From an uncultured Candidatus Saccharibacteria bacterium (GTDB lineage Bacteria > Patescibacteriota > Minisyncoccia > Phycocordibacterales > CSBR16-119), in the NCBI GenBank assembly GCA_964557535.1, contig CAZLAD010000004.1, forward strand, positions 19,039 through 83,038: DNA of 64,000 nucleotides, given 5' to 3'. Positions within the stretch are counted from its first letter, which is position 1. Each line of letters begins with the position of its first letter. Below, piece by piece: positions 9,175 to 21,016 of the stretch. The notes under the pieces were generated by a model. That model searched no databases and was not told where the DNA came from. It worked only from the letters and a program-made list of their open reading frames with translations. The translations under genes were made by a program, and so were the position numbers.

Positions 9175-11871
9175 TTACGAAGCCCCCTTCATAGCCTTCT
9201 TGGTCTTCACCAAAACTTTCTTCAAATATTTTCCGGTGTGAGATTTTTCATTGTTTGCCACTTCTTCGGGCGTGCCTTTGGCTACGAGCTTGCCGCCGTT
9301 TTCCCCGCCATCAGGACCGAGATCGATGATATAGTCAGCGACTTTTATAAGATCCAAATTGTGCTCGATGATGACAACCGAATTTCCACGAACAACAAGC
9401 TTGTTTAGAACTTCTATTAGTTTTGCCACGTCGTCATAGTGAAGTCCGACCGTTGGCTCATCGAGGAGATAAATTGTTCTCTCCGTCATCGGACGATAGA
9501 GTTCACTAGAAATTTTCACACGCTGGGCCTCCCCGCCAGAAAGCGTCGTCGCTGGTTGACCAATTTCGATATAGCCAAGTCCGACATCATCGAGTGTTTG
9601 TAGTCTGTCAGCAATCGCCGGAATGTCTTCGAAGAATTTAAGTCCGTCCTCGACTGTCATTTTCAAAATTTCGTAAATATTTTTGCCTTTGTATTTTACT
9701 TTCAAAGTTTCTTTGTCGAAACGCTTACCATCACAGACATCGCATTTTACATAAACTGTCGGCAAGAAATGCATTTCCACAGCCACAAGTCCGCGACCTT
9801 CGCAGGCTTCACAACGACCACCTTTGACGTTGAATGAAAATCGATTCGCCTTCCAACCACGAAGCCGCGCTTCTTCGCTCTCGGCAAACATGTCGCGAAT
9901 ATGCCCCCAGGCTCCGGTATATGTCGCGACATTTGACCTTGGAGTTCGGCCGATTGGTGACTGGTCGATAAGAATCGAGCGCGAAACGCTTTCGGCGCCG
10001 AGAAAAGACGCGCAGTTAAAAGTTTTGGCGCTCCGATAACGTCGGTCAAAACGCGCGCGCAAATTCTTGTCGAGAATTTCGTACATGAAACTAGATTTAC
10101 CCGAGCCCGAAACACCCGTGATGACCGTCATCCGACCAAGTGGCACATCGACGTTTAGATTATCAATGTTAAAAATTTTCCCACCACGGATTTTGATCCA
10201 GCCCTTGTCAGCCTCACGACGTTTTTCGGGGAGAGCGATGTATGCCTCGTCGCGCAAATACGCGAGTGTACGAGATTTTGATTTGTTTGTTTTGGCCGTG
10301 AGAAGTTCGTCGAGATAATCCGCAACCACAATTTCCCCACCATGTACACCGGCTTTGGGACCAATATCGACGATATAATCAGACGCATAAATCGTATCTT
10401 CGTCATGTTCTACGACGACAATTGTGTTCCCAAGGTCGCGCAAATCCTCGAGCGTTTTGATCAGACGATCGTTATCACGCTGATGAAGTCCAATCGTCGG
10501 CTCATCGAGAACATACATCGCCCCAACAAGTCTAGAACCGAGCTGTGAAGCAAGTCTGATGCGTTGCGCTTCCCCGCCCGAAAGCGTATTGGCGCGACGT
10601 TCGAGAGCCAGATAGTCCAAGCCGACGTTTAACATAAATTTCAAACGGTCTTCGATTTCTTTGATGATGACCGCAGAAATCTCGCGTTCTTTCGCCGAGA
10701 GTGGAACGGTTGAAATAAAATCATACGCGTCACGAATCGTCATTTTGGTAAAGTTTACGATATTTACACCCCCGCCCGAACGACCGGATGGGTCATTCGG
10801 TCGGGCGGGTTTAGACTTTCCACCCAAGAAAACGTTCAATGCTTCTTCACGAAGTCTGGCCCCATGACACGTCTCGCACGGCTCAGTGCCGAAAAGATGT
10901 TTAGTCCCCAATCCATTACAGGCTGGACAGGCGCCGTATGGAGAGTTGAAAGAGAAAAGTCTCGGCTCGATTTCTGGAAACACGTATCCATCCTCTGGAC
11001 AAATAAGTTTTGCTGAGAGCAATGTTTCTTCTTGATTTTCGTTTTTAACAATGTCTGGTTCGCCCACAACAATACGGATGAAGCCTTCTGATTCGGAAAT
11101 AGATCGCTCAATCGCTTCACCAAGTCGCATTTCAAAATCCCCTGCATTGTCGCGCATTTCATGAACGGCAAAACTATCGATGAGTAAATCGATTTCGTGC
11201 TTTTTGTTTTTCGAAAGTTCAATCGACTCGCGAAGATTTTTCATCCGACCGTCGATGCGGATTTTCTGATAACCTTTGCCGAGCAAATCATAAAGATATT
11301 GATAGTATTCGCCCTTTCGTCCACGCACGACCGGTGAGAAGATGTGGATTTGAGTATCATTCCATTCCGCTCCCATAATTTTTTTCGTGTTTCCTTTTTT
11401 GGAAAGATCAGAAATTTTGTTTTTGATGAACTCAGAAATTTCTTGGTTTGAAAGTTTTTTTATCTCGAGTCCTGAAATCGGACTGTACGGACGTCCAACG
11501 CGCGCATACAGAACGCGGAGGTAGTCGTAGATTTCGGTGATAGTCGCAACCGTCGAACGCGGATTATTCGAACGAGACTTTTGATCGATTGAAATAGCTG
11601 GTGAAAGTCCCGTAATCTCGTCGACGTCCGGCTTTGGCATTTGCGAAAGAAATTGTCTGGCATAAGAAGAAAGCGATTCGACATATCGACGCTGACCTTC
11701 CGCGAAAATTGTGTCGAACGCGAGCGAAGATTTACCCGAGCCAGAGAGCCCCGTAAATACCACCATTTTATTTCGTGGCATAGAAACAGTCACATTTTTC
11801 AAATTATGTGTTCTGGCACCTTTGACCACGATTTCGCCGTAATCTGGTTTGTTTTCTTGTTTGTTTTTCAT
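9175..11871 (-). CDS. uvrA: Excinuclease ABC subunit A
   Basis: Two GxSGSGKSS Walker A motifs, LSGGEAQR signatures, zinc fingers. Confidence 0.98.
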   Translation of the reverse strand: MKNKQENKPDYGEIVVKGARTHNLKNVTVSMPRNKMVVFTGLSGSGKSSLAFDTIFAEGQRRYVESLSSYARQFLSQMPKPDVDEITGLSPAISIDQKSRSNNPRSTVATITEIYDYLRVLYARVGRPYSPISGLEIKKLSNQEISEFIKNKISDLSKKGNTKKIMGAEWNDTQIHIFSPVVRGRKGEYYQYLYDLLGKGYQKIRIDGRMKNLRESIELSKNKKHEIDLLIDSFAVHEMRDNAGDFEMRLGEAIERSISESEGFIRIVVGEPDIVKNENQEETLLSAKLICPEDGYVFPEIEPRLFSFNSPYGACPACNGLGTKHLFGTEPCETCHGARLREEALNVFLGGKSKPARPNDPSGRSGGGVNIVNFTKMTIRDAYDFISTVPLSAKEREISAVIIKEIEDRLKFMLNVGLDYLALERRANTLSGGEAQRIRLASQLGSRLVGAMYVLDEPTIGLHQRDNDRLIKTLEDLRDLGNTIVVVEHDEDTIYASDYIVDIGPKAGVHGGEIVVADYLDELLTAKTNKSKSRTLAYLRDEAYIALPEKRREADKGWIKIRGGKIFNIDNLNVDVPLGRMTVITGVSGSGKSSFMYEILDKNLRARFDRRYRSAKTFNCASFLGAESVSRSILIDQSPIGRTPRSNVATYTGAWGHIRDMFAESEEARLRGWKANRFSFNVKGGRCEACEGRGLVAVEMHFLPTVYVKCDVCDGKRFDKETLKVKYKGKNIYEILKMTVEDGLKFFEDIPAIADRLQTLDDVGLGYIEIGQPATTLSGGEAQRVKISSELYRPMTERTIYLLDEPTVGLHYDDVAKLIEVLNKLVVRGNSVVIIEHNLDLIKVADYIIDLGPDGGENGGKLVAKGTPEEVANNEKSHTGKYLKKVLVKTKKAMKGAS
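10771..10809. repeat. 39-bp palindromic in-frame insertion in uvrA
   Basis: CCCGCCCGAACGACCGGATGGGTCATTCGGTCGGGCGGG; encodes [13 protein letters not shown]. Confidence 0.75.
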
Positions 11872-12035
11872 AAGATGGCACGTAATTATAGCATTTTCTC
11901 CATATTTGACAAAAAAAGATTATTAGTCTATTATATGCCACGATCACCGTTCTTTGACGTTCTGTTCTCACAAAAAGGTAAAGAGTTCCACCTAAAACGG
12001 GCTCACAAACTAAACTGTTCCAAGGAACAAGAAAA

Positions 12036-12134
12036 ATGCTGACTGTGTATGGAATGTTGTGTCTCGGCACAACTGTGTGGGCCATCGGTACCGGTGGACA
12101 AAACGGTAAACCTTTAAAGCTTTGGAAACGATGA
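12036..12134 (+). CDS. Putative 32-aa hydrophobic peptide
   Basis: MLTVYGMLCLGTTVWAIGTGGQNGKPLKLWKR; follows TTGACA-17-TATTAT (11906-11934). Confidence 0.35.
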   Translation: MLTVYGMLCLGTTVWAIGTGGQNGKPLKLWKR

Positions 12135-12268
12135 TGCAGCCGGATGTAATGTTGGCGGTTGTAATCGTGACAGGGCTTGCGCTTTACCTATTCATACAAG
12201 CTTTTGTGCCAAGGATTTCGATCCGAGGCCGAAGCTGGCAAAAAAGTGAGGATGGGCAGACTGCCTAG
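12131..12268 (+). CDS. Putative 45-aa single-pass membrane peptide
   Basis: MMQPDVMLAVVIVTGLALYLFIQAFVPRISIRGRSWQKSEDGQTA; ATGA overlap with the previous ORF; hairpin at 12354-12385. Confidence 0.45.
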   Translation: MMQPDVMLAVVIVTGLALYLFIQAFVPRISIRGRSWQKSEDGQTA

Positions 12269-12390
12269 CTGACGCGAGGCAGAACAACGTCTTCTGAGGA
12301 CTAGACGATGCGAAAGCATCCCACTGGCGTGGCAAAATCTGGTTCTCAACACTGAAGGGGTTTCCACGGGAGTGGAAGCCCCTTCTTTTT

Positions 12391-14421
12391 TTATTTATTT
12401 TCCAGAACTTTTATTTCATCTCTCAAAATCGCAGCCGTTTCAAAGTCGAGCTCTTTGACTGCCTGAGCCATCTCTCGTTTTTTCAAAGTAACAAGTTTTT
12501 TAATTCCGGCACGGCGTTTTTTCGGATCAGCAATTTTAAACACGGCCGAATCAACTTCGAGTTCTCGACTGACAGCTTTATCGTGGTCGGATTCCATTAT
12601 TTGGGTGATGTCTTTGATTGTCTTCTTGATTGTCTTTGGCGTGATACCGTGCGCTTCATTATAAGCAATTTGTTTTTCACGGCGACGATTGGTCTCGCCT
12701 ATCGCGCGCTCCATCGAGCCGGTAATGTTATCAGCATAGAGAATCACTCGCCCGTCGACATTTCGCGCAGCACGACCGATGGTTTGGATAAGCGAAGTTT
12801 CGGAACGAAGGAAGCCCTCTTTGTCGGCATCGAGAATGCCAATTAGCGACACTTCCGGCAAGTCGAGTCCTTCGCGGAGCAAATTCACACCAACGAGAAT
12901 ATCAAACTCACCTTTGCGAAATTGTGTCAGAATTTTGATTCGCTCAATCGTTTTGATGTCGCTGTGGATGTATTCGGATTTTATTTTTCGCTCTTTCAAA
13001 TACGCGGCCAAATCTTCTGCCATCTTCTTGGTCAGCGTCGTGGCGAGCACTCGCCCACCCTTCGCAATCTCTGCTTCGGCTTCACTTATAAAATCCTGCA
13101 CCTGACCCTTATATTTGCCACCCTCTAAAATACTTCTGACTTCAAGTTTCGGATCGATAAGACCTGTTGGGCGCACAATCTGCTCGGCGATATTTTGGCT
13201 TTCTTTGAGTTCATATTCGCTCGGTGTCGCAGAAGTATAGACTACTTGTCCCACACGTTCTTCGAATTCTTCATAGCGAAGTGGACGATTATCTTTGGCG
13301 GAGGGCAATCGAAAACCATATTTGACCAAAGTGTCTTTGCGAGAAGCGTCTCCGGCATACATGCCGCGTACTTGTGGCAAGGTCACATGTGATTCGTCGA
13401 TAATCGTTAGGAATTCGGGATTGCCATTTTTATCATGTGGGAAATATGAAAGTAGTGTTTCTGGTGCTTCGCCCGGAAGTTTGCCTGACAAATGCCTCGA
13501 ATAATTTTCAATGCCCGAGCAATATCCAACTTCTTTGATAAGCGCGAGATCATAATTCGTTCGGCGTTTCAAACGTTCGGCTTCAAGCGGAAGTCCGGCT
13601 TTTTCAAGTTTCTTTAATTGCTCTTTCAATTCTTCTTTGATTGACTTGATTGCGGCTTCTTTCTTCGCGCCATCGGTGAGGAAGTGCTTGGCTGGGAAAA
13701 TGAAAACCTGAGCAGGCTTTTCGAGAATTTTTGAGCTAACTGGATCAATGAGTAAAATTTCTTTTATCACATCGCCTTCGAGAACCAATCGGTAAACATA
13801 ATTTTCTGAGATCGGCATGACTTCTACCATCGACGATCCGACGCTTCGAAAATCTCCGGAATTTAAATCAGCATTTGTGCGTTCGTAGTGTATAGCAACC
13901 AACTTCTTCATGATTTCGGTTCGGCCGAGCTTGTCGCCAACTTTGATGAGCATATTACTCGTCTTGTACTCCTCCGGACTTCCGAGGCCGTAAATGCATG
14001 AGACCGACGCGACGATAATAACGTCATTACGAGTGAGGAGTGATTGGGTCGAGGCATGGCGCAGGCGGTCAATCTCTTCGTTAATGCTCGCGTCTTTTTC
14101 GATGTAGGTGTCCGAATGCGGAATGTAAGCCTCCGGCTGATAGTAGTCGTAGTATGAGACGAAATAATGCACGGCATTATCCGGGAAAAATTCCTTGAAC
14201 TCTTGGGCAAGCTGGGCGGCCAAAGTTTTGTTGTGGGCGATCACGAGCGTCGGCTTGCCAATTTTTTCAATCACATTTGCCATGGTGAAAGTTTTACCCG
14301 AACCGGTAACACCAAGAAGGGTTTGTTTCTTGAAACCTTTTTTAAGCCCAGCCAAAAGACTCGAAATAGCTTTCGGCTGATCGCCGGCAGGTTTGTAATC
14401 TGACTTGAGATTAAATGACAT
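12391..14421 (-). CDS. uvrB: Excinuclease ABC subunit B
   Basis: PAGDQP, GVTGSGKT, YYDYYQPEAY, DESH, C-terminal UVR domain; start moved to MSFNLKSDY. Confidence 0.98.
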   Translation of the reverse strand: MSFNLKSDYKPAGDQPKAISSLLAGLKKGFKKQTLLGVTGSGKTFTMANVIEKIGKPTLVIAHNKTLAAQLAQEFKEFFPDNAVHYFVSYYDYYQPEAYIPHSDTYIEKDASINEEIDRLRHASTQSLLTRNDVIIVASVSCIYGLGSPEEYKTSNMLIKVGDKLGRTEIMKKLVAIHYERTNADLNSGDFRSVGSSMVEVMPISENYVYRLVLEGDVIKEILLIDPVSSKILEKPAQVFIFPAKHFLTDGAKKEAAIKSIKEELKEQLKKLEKAGLPLEAERLKRRTNYDLALIKEVGYCSGIENYSRHLSGKLPGEAPETLLSYFPHDKNGNPEFLTIIDESHVTLPQVRGMYAGDASRKDTLVKYGFRLPSAKDNRPLRYEEFEERVGQVVYTSATPSEYELKESQNIAEQIVRPTGLIDPKLEVRSILEGGKYKGQVQDFISEAEAEIAKGGRVLATTLTKKMAEDLAAYLKERKIKSEYIHSDIKTIERIKILTQFRKGEFDILVGVNLLREGLDLPEVSLIGILDADKEGFLRSETSLIQTIGRAARNVDGRVILYADNITGSMERAIGETNRRREKQIAYNEAHGITPKTIKKTIKDITQIMESDHDKAVSRELEVDSAVFKIADPKKRRAGIKKLVTLKKREMAQAVKELDFETAAILRDEIKVLENK

Positions 14422-14497
14422 GCATGGATTATATTGTTTTGAAGCTTGATTGACAACTTTCCTTATTAGTTTTAGTATGGCGAAAAACCAAACGGCC

Positions 14498-14836
14498 ATG
14501 AAAATCTTGGATGCGAAGCAATACAGCGATTGCGACCTCGAGTATCTGAAAGGCAACGACAGGTATGTGCGATTGCTCGTGTTGAGCGACCTTGAGGCTC
14601 TATCGCTTGGAGACAAATCATCGAATAACCTCAGGGCCGGCCAAGAATTCATTGGCGTAATTGAGTCGAATCTGGGCTTCGGAAGAAGGCTCGAACTCTA
14701 CGGCCCCATGCTGGAAGAACTGGTTACAATCAAACCAATCTCTTCGGCGATCAAAACCGACTACGGAAGACTGCTTCTGACTGATCGGGATGGTGGTAAG
14801 CTCCTTCTCGAACTTCTACTGCCGCAGAAACCATAG
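14498..14836 (+). CDS. Hypothetical protein (stand-alone module)
   Basis: TTGACA-17-TAGTAT (14450-14478), leader AAAAACCAAACGGCC-ATG, hairpin at 14862-14881. Confidence 0.6.
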   Translation: MKILDAKQYSDCDLEYLKGNDRYVRLLVLSDLEALSLGDKSSNNLRAGQEFIGVIESNLGFGRRLELYGPMLEELVTIKPISSAIKTDYGRLLLTDRDGGKLLLELLLPQKP

Positions 14837-14900
14837 GCAGAAACCGCTCTACAGAACGGTCAGGGCCCCTCACGGGGCTCTTTCTGTTTTTTATAAAAAT

Positions 14901-14983
14901 AAAATATATCACTTTTCGGCGATAGCAGAGAAATGATATATTTTTCGATAACGAATTTCAGCGATAGCAGAAAAGTGTTATCG
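14901..14983. repeat. Tandem pair of palindromic sites with a GCGATAGC core
   Basis: AAAATATATC-N8-GCGATAGC-N8-GATATATTTT and CGATAAC-N8-GCGATAGC-N8-GTTATCG. Confidence 0.8.
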
Positions 14984-14994
14984 TGAAAATTTAA

Positions 14995-15021
14995 TGGATT
15001 AGAGGTCCGACCTCTAATCCA
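14995..15021. repeat. REP-like palindrome with a GAGGTCCGACCTC core
   Basis: TGGATTAGAGGTC-C-GACCTCTAATCCA, perfect 13-bp arms, abutting the stop codon at 15022. Confidence 0.8.
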
Positions 15022-15342
15022 CTATGAATACATTCCGTCTCTTTTTTGCTCCAACTTTTTGATTATTTCCGGATCAGTGATTTTCTGAAATCTTTCAAAT
15101 GTCTTGCCGTCTTTCGTAACTATTTCCATAAACATACCGAGAGGTCTCACATCCCAATGCTTGCCGATTCCATACACACCCGCTGATTCGTACAACGGCC
15201 GATATACAACCATAGCCGATTCTTCAAGTCCGTCAATTTCTGTATGGTGACCAATATTCAAAACCTCATAAGCATAGTTAAACTCATCCTTGGCTGGGTC
15301 ATGTTTGTAATGATAATAAAATCCTTTTTCTGGTTTTTGCAT
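15022..15342 (-). CDS. DUF1653-like protein
   Basis: GFYYHYK...YEVLNIGHHTE...MVVYRPLY...VRPLGMF...RFQKI. Confidence 0.8.
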   Translation of the reverse strand: MQKPEKGFYYHYKHDPAKDEFNYAYEVLNIGHHTEIDGLEESAMVVYRPLYESAGVYGIGKHWDVRPLGMFMEIVTKDGKTFERFQKITDPEIIKKLEQKRDGMYS

Positions 15343-15355
15343 AATTGTGCGAGGT

Positions 15356-17427
<2,072 letters not shown>

Positions 17428-17447
<20 letters not shown>

Positions 17448-18477
17448 ATTGTGTATCAATTATGATGTCTTTATATTTTTCCAAATTTTCAAGCACCACT
17501 CCAGTACCACGCGCGACCGCGGTGATCGGATCTTCGGCAATATGAATTGGCATTTTTACTTTCTGGTGCAAAAGTTTATCAAGACCCTTGATCATCGCCC
17601 CACCGCCCACGAGCACAATTCCGCGATGCATGATGTCGGCCAAAATCTCCGGCGGTGTATTTTCGAGAACTTCGCGGATGCCTTCGACGAGAGAATTTAT
17701 AGACGGCGCCATCGCCTCGCGAATATCATCATCGGTGACAACAATCTCGCGTGGAAGTCCCGTGACCAAGTCTCTTCCACGAACCTCGATTTCAACCGTA
17801 TCACCAAAAGGGATTGCTGAGCCGATAGCGATCTTGATATTTTCAGCGGTTTTTTCGCCGATGAGAAGTTTAAACTGATCTTTGAAGTACGACATGATAT
17901 CGGTGTTTAACTTGTCACCAGCAATAGTCAGATTTTTTGACTGAACAATTCCGCCGAGTGAGATAACAGCAATGTCCGTCGTACCGCCACCAATATCCAC
18001 TATCATCGAACCAACCGGATCGTGAATCGGTAAACGAATTCCCACGGCCGCGGCAGTTGGCTCTTCGACGATATAAACTTCGCGCGCGCCGGCACTTTTC
18101 GCAGCGTCATAGACGGCGCGCGTTTCAACAGAGGTGATAGCCGACGGCACACCGATAACCACACGTGGTCGAAAAAATTTCGGCGACATCTTTTCAATTT
18201 TGTTGATGAGATACCCGAGCATTTCTTCGGTAACTTCATAATCCGAAATCACGCCATCGACAAGTGGACGTACGGCCTTGATGTGCGGAGGAGTTCGTCC
18301 GAGCATTTGTTTGGCTTCGGCACCGACAGCGACAATCGTTCCCGTTTTCTTGTTCACGGCCACAACTGACGGCTCGGAGATGACGATGCCTTTACCCTTC
18401 AAGTAAACAAGGGTATTTGCAGTACCCAAGTCTATGCCGATGTCATTTGAAAATAATTTATAAAGTCTCTCAAACAT
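17428..18477 (-). CDS. mreB: Rod shape-determining protein MreB
   Basis: IGIDLGTANT, EPSVVA, VDIGGGTTD, GGGA. Confidence 0.97.
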
Positions 18478-19726
18478 AATTTTTTAATTCTTCGACAATA
18501 TTTTCAATCTTCACCATTTTCGTCTTTTCATCACGGCGTTCCTTGATTTCAACTTCGCCGGCTTCGAGCGAACGTTTCCCGACAACTACACGTAACGGTA
18601 TGCCGATAAGGTCGGAATCATTGAATTTCTCTCCGGCGCTCGCATCGCGATCGTCAAACAAAACTTCAACACCAGCGTTTTGCAATTTCTGATAAATTTC
18701 TTCTCCCGCTTTCAAAACATTTTCATCATTTCCAGCGGTAATCAAATGCACCGCAAACGGCGCAATTTCCTTCGGCCAAATAAGTCCGTTGTCGTCAGAG
18801 AGAACTTCGGCGACAGTTCCCATGATACGAGATGGACCAATTCCATAAGAACCCATAAAGACAAACTGATCTTTCCCGGCTTCGTCTTTGTATTTGAGTT
18901 CGAGGGGTTCAGAAAATCGAGTACCGAGCGTAAAAATATTTCCAACTTCAACAGCTTTATTTTCGATCAAAGTTTCTCGTTTAAGATTGAGTTCTGACAA
19001 AACTTCATCATTTAGAACTTCTTTGTTTACGGCAAGCGATTGCGCTTCGTCTAGATAAATCAAATCTTCACCGGCGCTCGTGATGGTTTGAAACTCGTGA
19101 GAATATTTGGAGAAACTTCCACCCGAAGCAAATGTGATATATGTCAGATGCCCAAGTCCGACTCGATCGAAAACATTTTTATAGGCCTTTTTAACTTTTT
19201 CATAAAATTCCAAATGCTCGGCTTCATTTTTAGAAAACGAATACATATCTTTCATCAGAAATTCTCGTCCACGCATGACGCCAGACTTGGCACGAAGCTC
19301 ATTTCGAAACTTCGCTTGAATCTGATATGCCGCAACCGGCAAATCTTTGTACGATGAGATGTGATTTTTCAAAATATCGGTCAACGGCTCTTCATGTGTG
19401 AAGCCAAGTCCGAGCTCAGAATCATTTTTAAGTTTGGTCTTAAACCAATTGTCGACAACGTCATCACTCCAGCGATCTGTCGCTTTCCAAATTTCTGGAT
19501 CTTGGAGAACAGTGAGCTTCATCTCTACGGCACCAAGTTTATTCATCTCGTCGCGAATAACGTTTGAGATCTTGTTCATGACACGAAGTCCAAGTGGTAG
19601 GTACGCATAAACTCCGGCCATTTCTTTATGCACAAATCCGGCGCGGATCAAAAGTTCGGCGTTTTTTGAAGTCTCATCAGCTGGAGCTTCTTTACGGGTC
19701 TTCGTAAATAGTTTTGATTGTCTCAT
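18470..19726 (-). CDS. proS: Proline--tRNA ligase (short form, no editing insertion)
   Basis: MRQSKLF, THEE, KFRNELR...RGREFLMKDMYSF, EVGNIF, MGSYGIG. Confidence 0.95.
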   Translation of the reverse strand: MRQSKLFTKTRKEAPADETSKNAELLIRAGFVHKEMAGVYAYLPLGLRVMNKISNVIRDEMNKLGAVEMKLTVLQDPEIWKATDRWSDDVVDNWFKTKLKNDSELGLGFTHEEPLTDILKNHISSYKDLPVAAYQIQAKFRNELRAKSGVMRGREFLMKDMYSFSKNEAEHLEFYEKVKKAYKNVFDRVGLGHLTYITFASGGSFSKYSHEFQTITSAGEDLIYLDEAQSLAVNKEVLNDEVLSELNLKRETLIENKAVEVGNIFTLGTRFSEPLELKYKDEAGKDQFVFMGSYGIGPSRIMGTVAEVLSDDNGLIWPKEIAPFAVHLITAGNDENVLKAGEEIYQKLQNAGVEVLFDDRDASAGEKFNDSDLIGIPLRVVVGKRSLEAGEVEIKERRDEKTKMVKIENIVEELKNYV

Positions 19727-19812
19727 GGATTACATATTACTTGAAAATCAAAGTTTTTACTATATTTGACATATTATACTTAAAATGTTACTGTGAAGAA
19801 AACCCCCACGCC

Positions 19813-20175
19813 ATGAGAGCCATTCTGTATGTGATTCTTTCATTTGGCTTTGGATCCTTGATCCAAGCCCAAGACCGCGAGATCAATCTCAAAGGAGTGC
19901 GTTTCGCGATCGAAAGCGAGTACCACCCCGATAGCACTGGTGAATTCACCAACAGAGTCGACAAGCTCTATATGGTCTCGCCAACCGAACGAACGCGGAT
20001 TGAACTTTCAAACCATCCGTGTGGAAACCAGCTTGTGCGAATCGAACGCCTGCGAATGTTCAATCGCAAAGGACACAAGGTCCTCGAGGTACACTACACA
20101 TGCTTCGTTCAACAAAAGACCGAGCGCTTTCGGATATTCAGCGAAACATTCGCCCTCAGGATACCCGATAAGTAA
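19813..20175 (+). CDS. Hypothetical secreted protein (stand-alone module)
   Basis: TTGACA-17-TACTGT (19766-19794), leader AAAACCCCCACGCC-ATG, signal peptide, hairpin at 20194-20220. Confidence 0.65.
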   Translation: MRAILYVILSFGFGSLIQAQDREINLKGVRFAIESEYHPDSTGEFTNRVDKLYMVSPTERTRIELSNHPCGNQLVRIERLRMFNRKGHKVLEVHYTCFVQQKTERFRIFSETFALRIPDK

Positions 20176-20256
20176 GCACCTCATCTACCGCAGAAGTCCC
20201 CGGCCACGAGCCGGGGTCTTCATTTTTTGCCCATTGATCAATATTATTAAAAACCA

Positions 20257-20292
20257 TGTAACAAATTCCAGCTATAGCACGAAATCGTTACA
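20257..20292. repeat. Imperfect palindromic site at the 3' end of the PaaX-like gene
   Basis: TGTAAC-AAATTCCA-GCTATAGC-ACGAAATC-GTTACA. Confidence 0.85.
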
Positions 20293-20293
20293 A

Positions 20294-20851
20294 TTATTTT
20301 AAATCAAATTCTTTTAGAAATTTTCTTTCATCGCTTGTGGCACTGGCGACAATAAATTTTATTGACGGAAAAACTTTATAAAACTCCGCGATAAATTTAA
20401 TCTCTTTCTCGCACGGATAAGGATAAATAAAAACCGATTTTTGATACTCGACAAGTCCAATACTTTTGAAATGGAAACGAACCGCTTCCCTAACCTTCTT
20501 TATTTTTTCGGGAATATCAAACATAACAATTCGCCATTTCCCATCCCAATTTTTCTGCTTGGGAATTTGTAAATTTTCTAGATCGAGTCTTTTGCTTATC
20601 TTTTTCCCTTGTTCAGAAAGAATTATTTCAAATCCATCCCCTTTTGGTTTCAAACTAACGAGTCTCGAATTGTACATAGAATCGAGACTTCGCTTAAGTG
20701 ACATTCGATTTATTTCTCGCCACTCCTTGGCAACTTCACCAATTATTCGCCACTGTTTGCCCAAAGACTTGTTGGCGCTCAAAACAACTCCGGCCGAAAG
20801 AAGCAAAATAATTTTCTTTTTAACCGAACTTAAATAATATTTCTCCCTCAT
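20294..20851 (-). CDS. PaaX-like protein (winged HTH plus Cas2/VapD-like fold)
   Basis: ILSEQGKK wing followed by WDGKWRIVMFDIPE...R...LVEYQKSVFIYPYPC. Confidence 0.8.
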   Translation of the reverse strand: MREKYYLSSVKKKIILLLSAGVVLSANKSLGKQWRIIGEVAKEWREINRMSLKRSLDSMYNSRLVSLKPKGDGFEIILSEQGKKISKRLDLENLQIPKQKNWDGKWRIVMFDIPEKIKKVREAVRFHFKSIGLVEYQKSVFIYPYPCEKEIKFIAEFYKVFPSIKFIVASATSDERKFLKEFDLK

Positions 20852-20857
20852 AAAAGA

Positions 20858-20897
20858 ATTGTAACATATTCATGCTATAGCATGAATATGTTACAAT
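20858..20897. repeat. Perfect 40-bp palindrome at the 5' end of the PaaX-like gene
   Basis: ATTGTAACATATTCATGCTA|TAGCATGAATATGTTACAAT. Confidence 0.92.
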
Positions 20898-21016
20898 GAC
20901 ATTTTGGTAAATTAGTTTATTTGGAGTTGTTTTTGTTTATTTTAAATATTATTTTAAATAAATGATTTGGGGTAAAAAACGAAGAAGCCGCCGGTAAACC
21001 GACGGCTTCGTGTTCG

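Noticed and set aside
12391-14652. ORF-track 5' extensions of uvrB, dnaG, rpsB, khpA, rpsP, rpmF and several module ORFs
   Set aside because: The extensions run through promoters or opposite-strand genes; starts were moved to the first conserved or leader-supported codon.
20294-20851. CRISPR-Cas locus suggested by the Cas2-like motif
   Set aside because: No cas1 or other cas genes and no repeat-spacer array anywhere in the window.
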